A stretch of DNA of 64,000 nt. Source: an uncultured Lentisphaerales bacterium. Its GTDB lineage: Bacteria; Verrucomicrobiota; Lentisphaeria; JABSQK01; UBA12247. The notes below the pieces were generated by a model, which saw only the letters and a list, made by a program, of their open reading frames with translations, was not told where the DNA came from and made no database searches. A program made the position numbers and the translations under genes. The stretch's first letter is position 1. Each line of letters opens with the position of its first letter. Of this stretch, positions 63,033 to 64,000 are shown piece by piece. The stretch is taken from NCBI GenBank assembly GCA_943788985.1, contig CALSSJ010000021.1, forward strand, positions 94,274 through 158,273, in the 5' to 3' direction.

Positions 63033-64000
63033 GGTTCTTGGAGCCAAACATGCTTTGGGCACTGCTGGGCATGCTCGTGCCCGTGCTCATCCATCTGTTC
63101 AACCGCGCTCGCCATCAGGTGGTGCCGTTTGGCGGCATGATGTTTGTCGAGTCTTCTTTACGCCTTCGAGCGCGGTCGCTCCGCCTCCACGCCTTGCTGC
63201 TGCTCTTGGTCCGCATGGCCATCGTGGCCCTGCTGGCCCTGGCGGCCGCACGTCCGGTGAGCCGTTCTGGCGGCCAGCTTGGGCCACGGCCTGTCAGCTG
63301 GGTGTTGGTGCTGGACACCTCCTTTTCCATGTTGCAAGAGAACGCGAGTGGGACGACGCCGTTTAGGTCAGGCGCAAGCAGCGGCGTTGATCATGATCGC
63401 CCAGATGGCGTCCGCCGATGATATGTCCATCGTGCTTGCTGGCACCACACCGCGCGTTTTGTTCGACGAGCCTACCTATGACGCGAGGCGCTGCGACGCG
63501 CGCTGAAGGCGGCCAAGCCCAGCTACGACTCAGGCGAGCTACCTGCGGCAATCTCGCAGGCCTACCTTGTCCTCCAAGCCTCCAAGCATTCCCGGCGACG
63601 CGTGGTTATTCTGACCGACCAGCAGGCGGTGAACTGGCCACAGGACGATGCCCGTTGGCAGCAGCTTCGGCGGCAGCGAGCCACGCTTCCAGTGCAGCCT
63701 GCTCACTATATATTATTCAGCAAGGCGCTCTCTGCCGCGCCAAACCTGTACGTGCACAGCCTACAACGCCGCGGCCCTATCTCTCATCCGCCCTCCCGGA
63801 ACGGTTCGAGGCCATCGTCACCAATCCCTCCTCGTCGGTCGTCCGCGGGACAGCCACATTCTCGGTCACTGGTCAGCCTGCAGAATTACAGAACCTGGAG
63901 TTTTGGCCGGGGGATAACACGCTCTCATTTCCGGTAACATTCGCGGCTCCGGGCCCGAAGGTCTGCCTCGGTAAAGATTGAGGGGCGATCGCTTTACTGC
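63029..64000 (+). CDS. BatA N-terminal / vWA domain protein; frameshifts; runs off the window end
   Basis: MRFLEPNMLWALLGMLVPVLIHLFNR...LLLLVRMAIVALLALAAARP, MIDAS-like LDTSFSM and VILTDQQ. Confidence 0.82.

Overview
This is a GC-rich bacterial chromosomal window. By inference it comes from a PVC-superphylum organism (Lentisphaerae/Kiritimatiellota/Verrucomicrobia/Planctomycetes-like), based on the Cys-type sulfatases, the MoxR-DUF58-BatA operon, SHD1-like, DUF1573 and FHA proteins, and a WD40 Ser/Thr kinase. Many otherwise well-conserved genes carry single-base indels, which points to an imperfectly polished long-read or metagenome assembly. A second class of loci looks truly decayed. From left to right: an ectoine-type aspartokinase, a parvulin PPIase, Hsp33 and an alpha/beta hydrolase; a circularly permuted TrxB-like flavoprotein fused to a membrane polyferredoxin; an MscK-like channel and Mn-SOD; a peptidase-containing ABC transporter with two cNMP domains; a small decayed nuclease island (GIY-YIG/DUF4357, NERD, DUF1016/YhcG); a TolC-MFP-RND operon; a degenerate hybrid histidine kinase and an FHA protein; a decayed IS3 element and tRNA-Ser(GCT); a PfkB kinase, a triple-FHA protein, a LysM protein and an Lrp/aminotransferase pair; decayed kinase-WD40 and GspF-like genes; gltB without gltD; a long plus-strand run (cNMP protein, AI-2E transporter, secreted nuclease, NAD kinase, B-box, LysM, FecR-like, DUF1573); two sulfatases; and MoxR-DUF58-BatA. 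No CRISPR array or rRNA was seen. The most unusual signals are two co-varying DNA palindromes inside the DUF1016 coding region, the permuted flavoprotein-polyferredoxin fusion, the orphan double-cNMP peptide exporter, a pseudo-histidine kinase and a NADK2/NADK3-like NAD kinase. All family calls come from motif recognition by eye; no searches were run.
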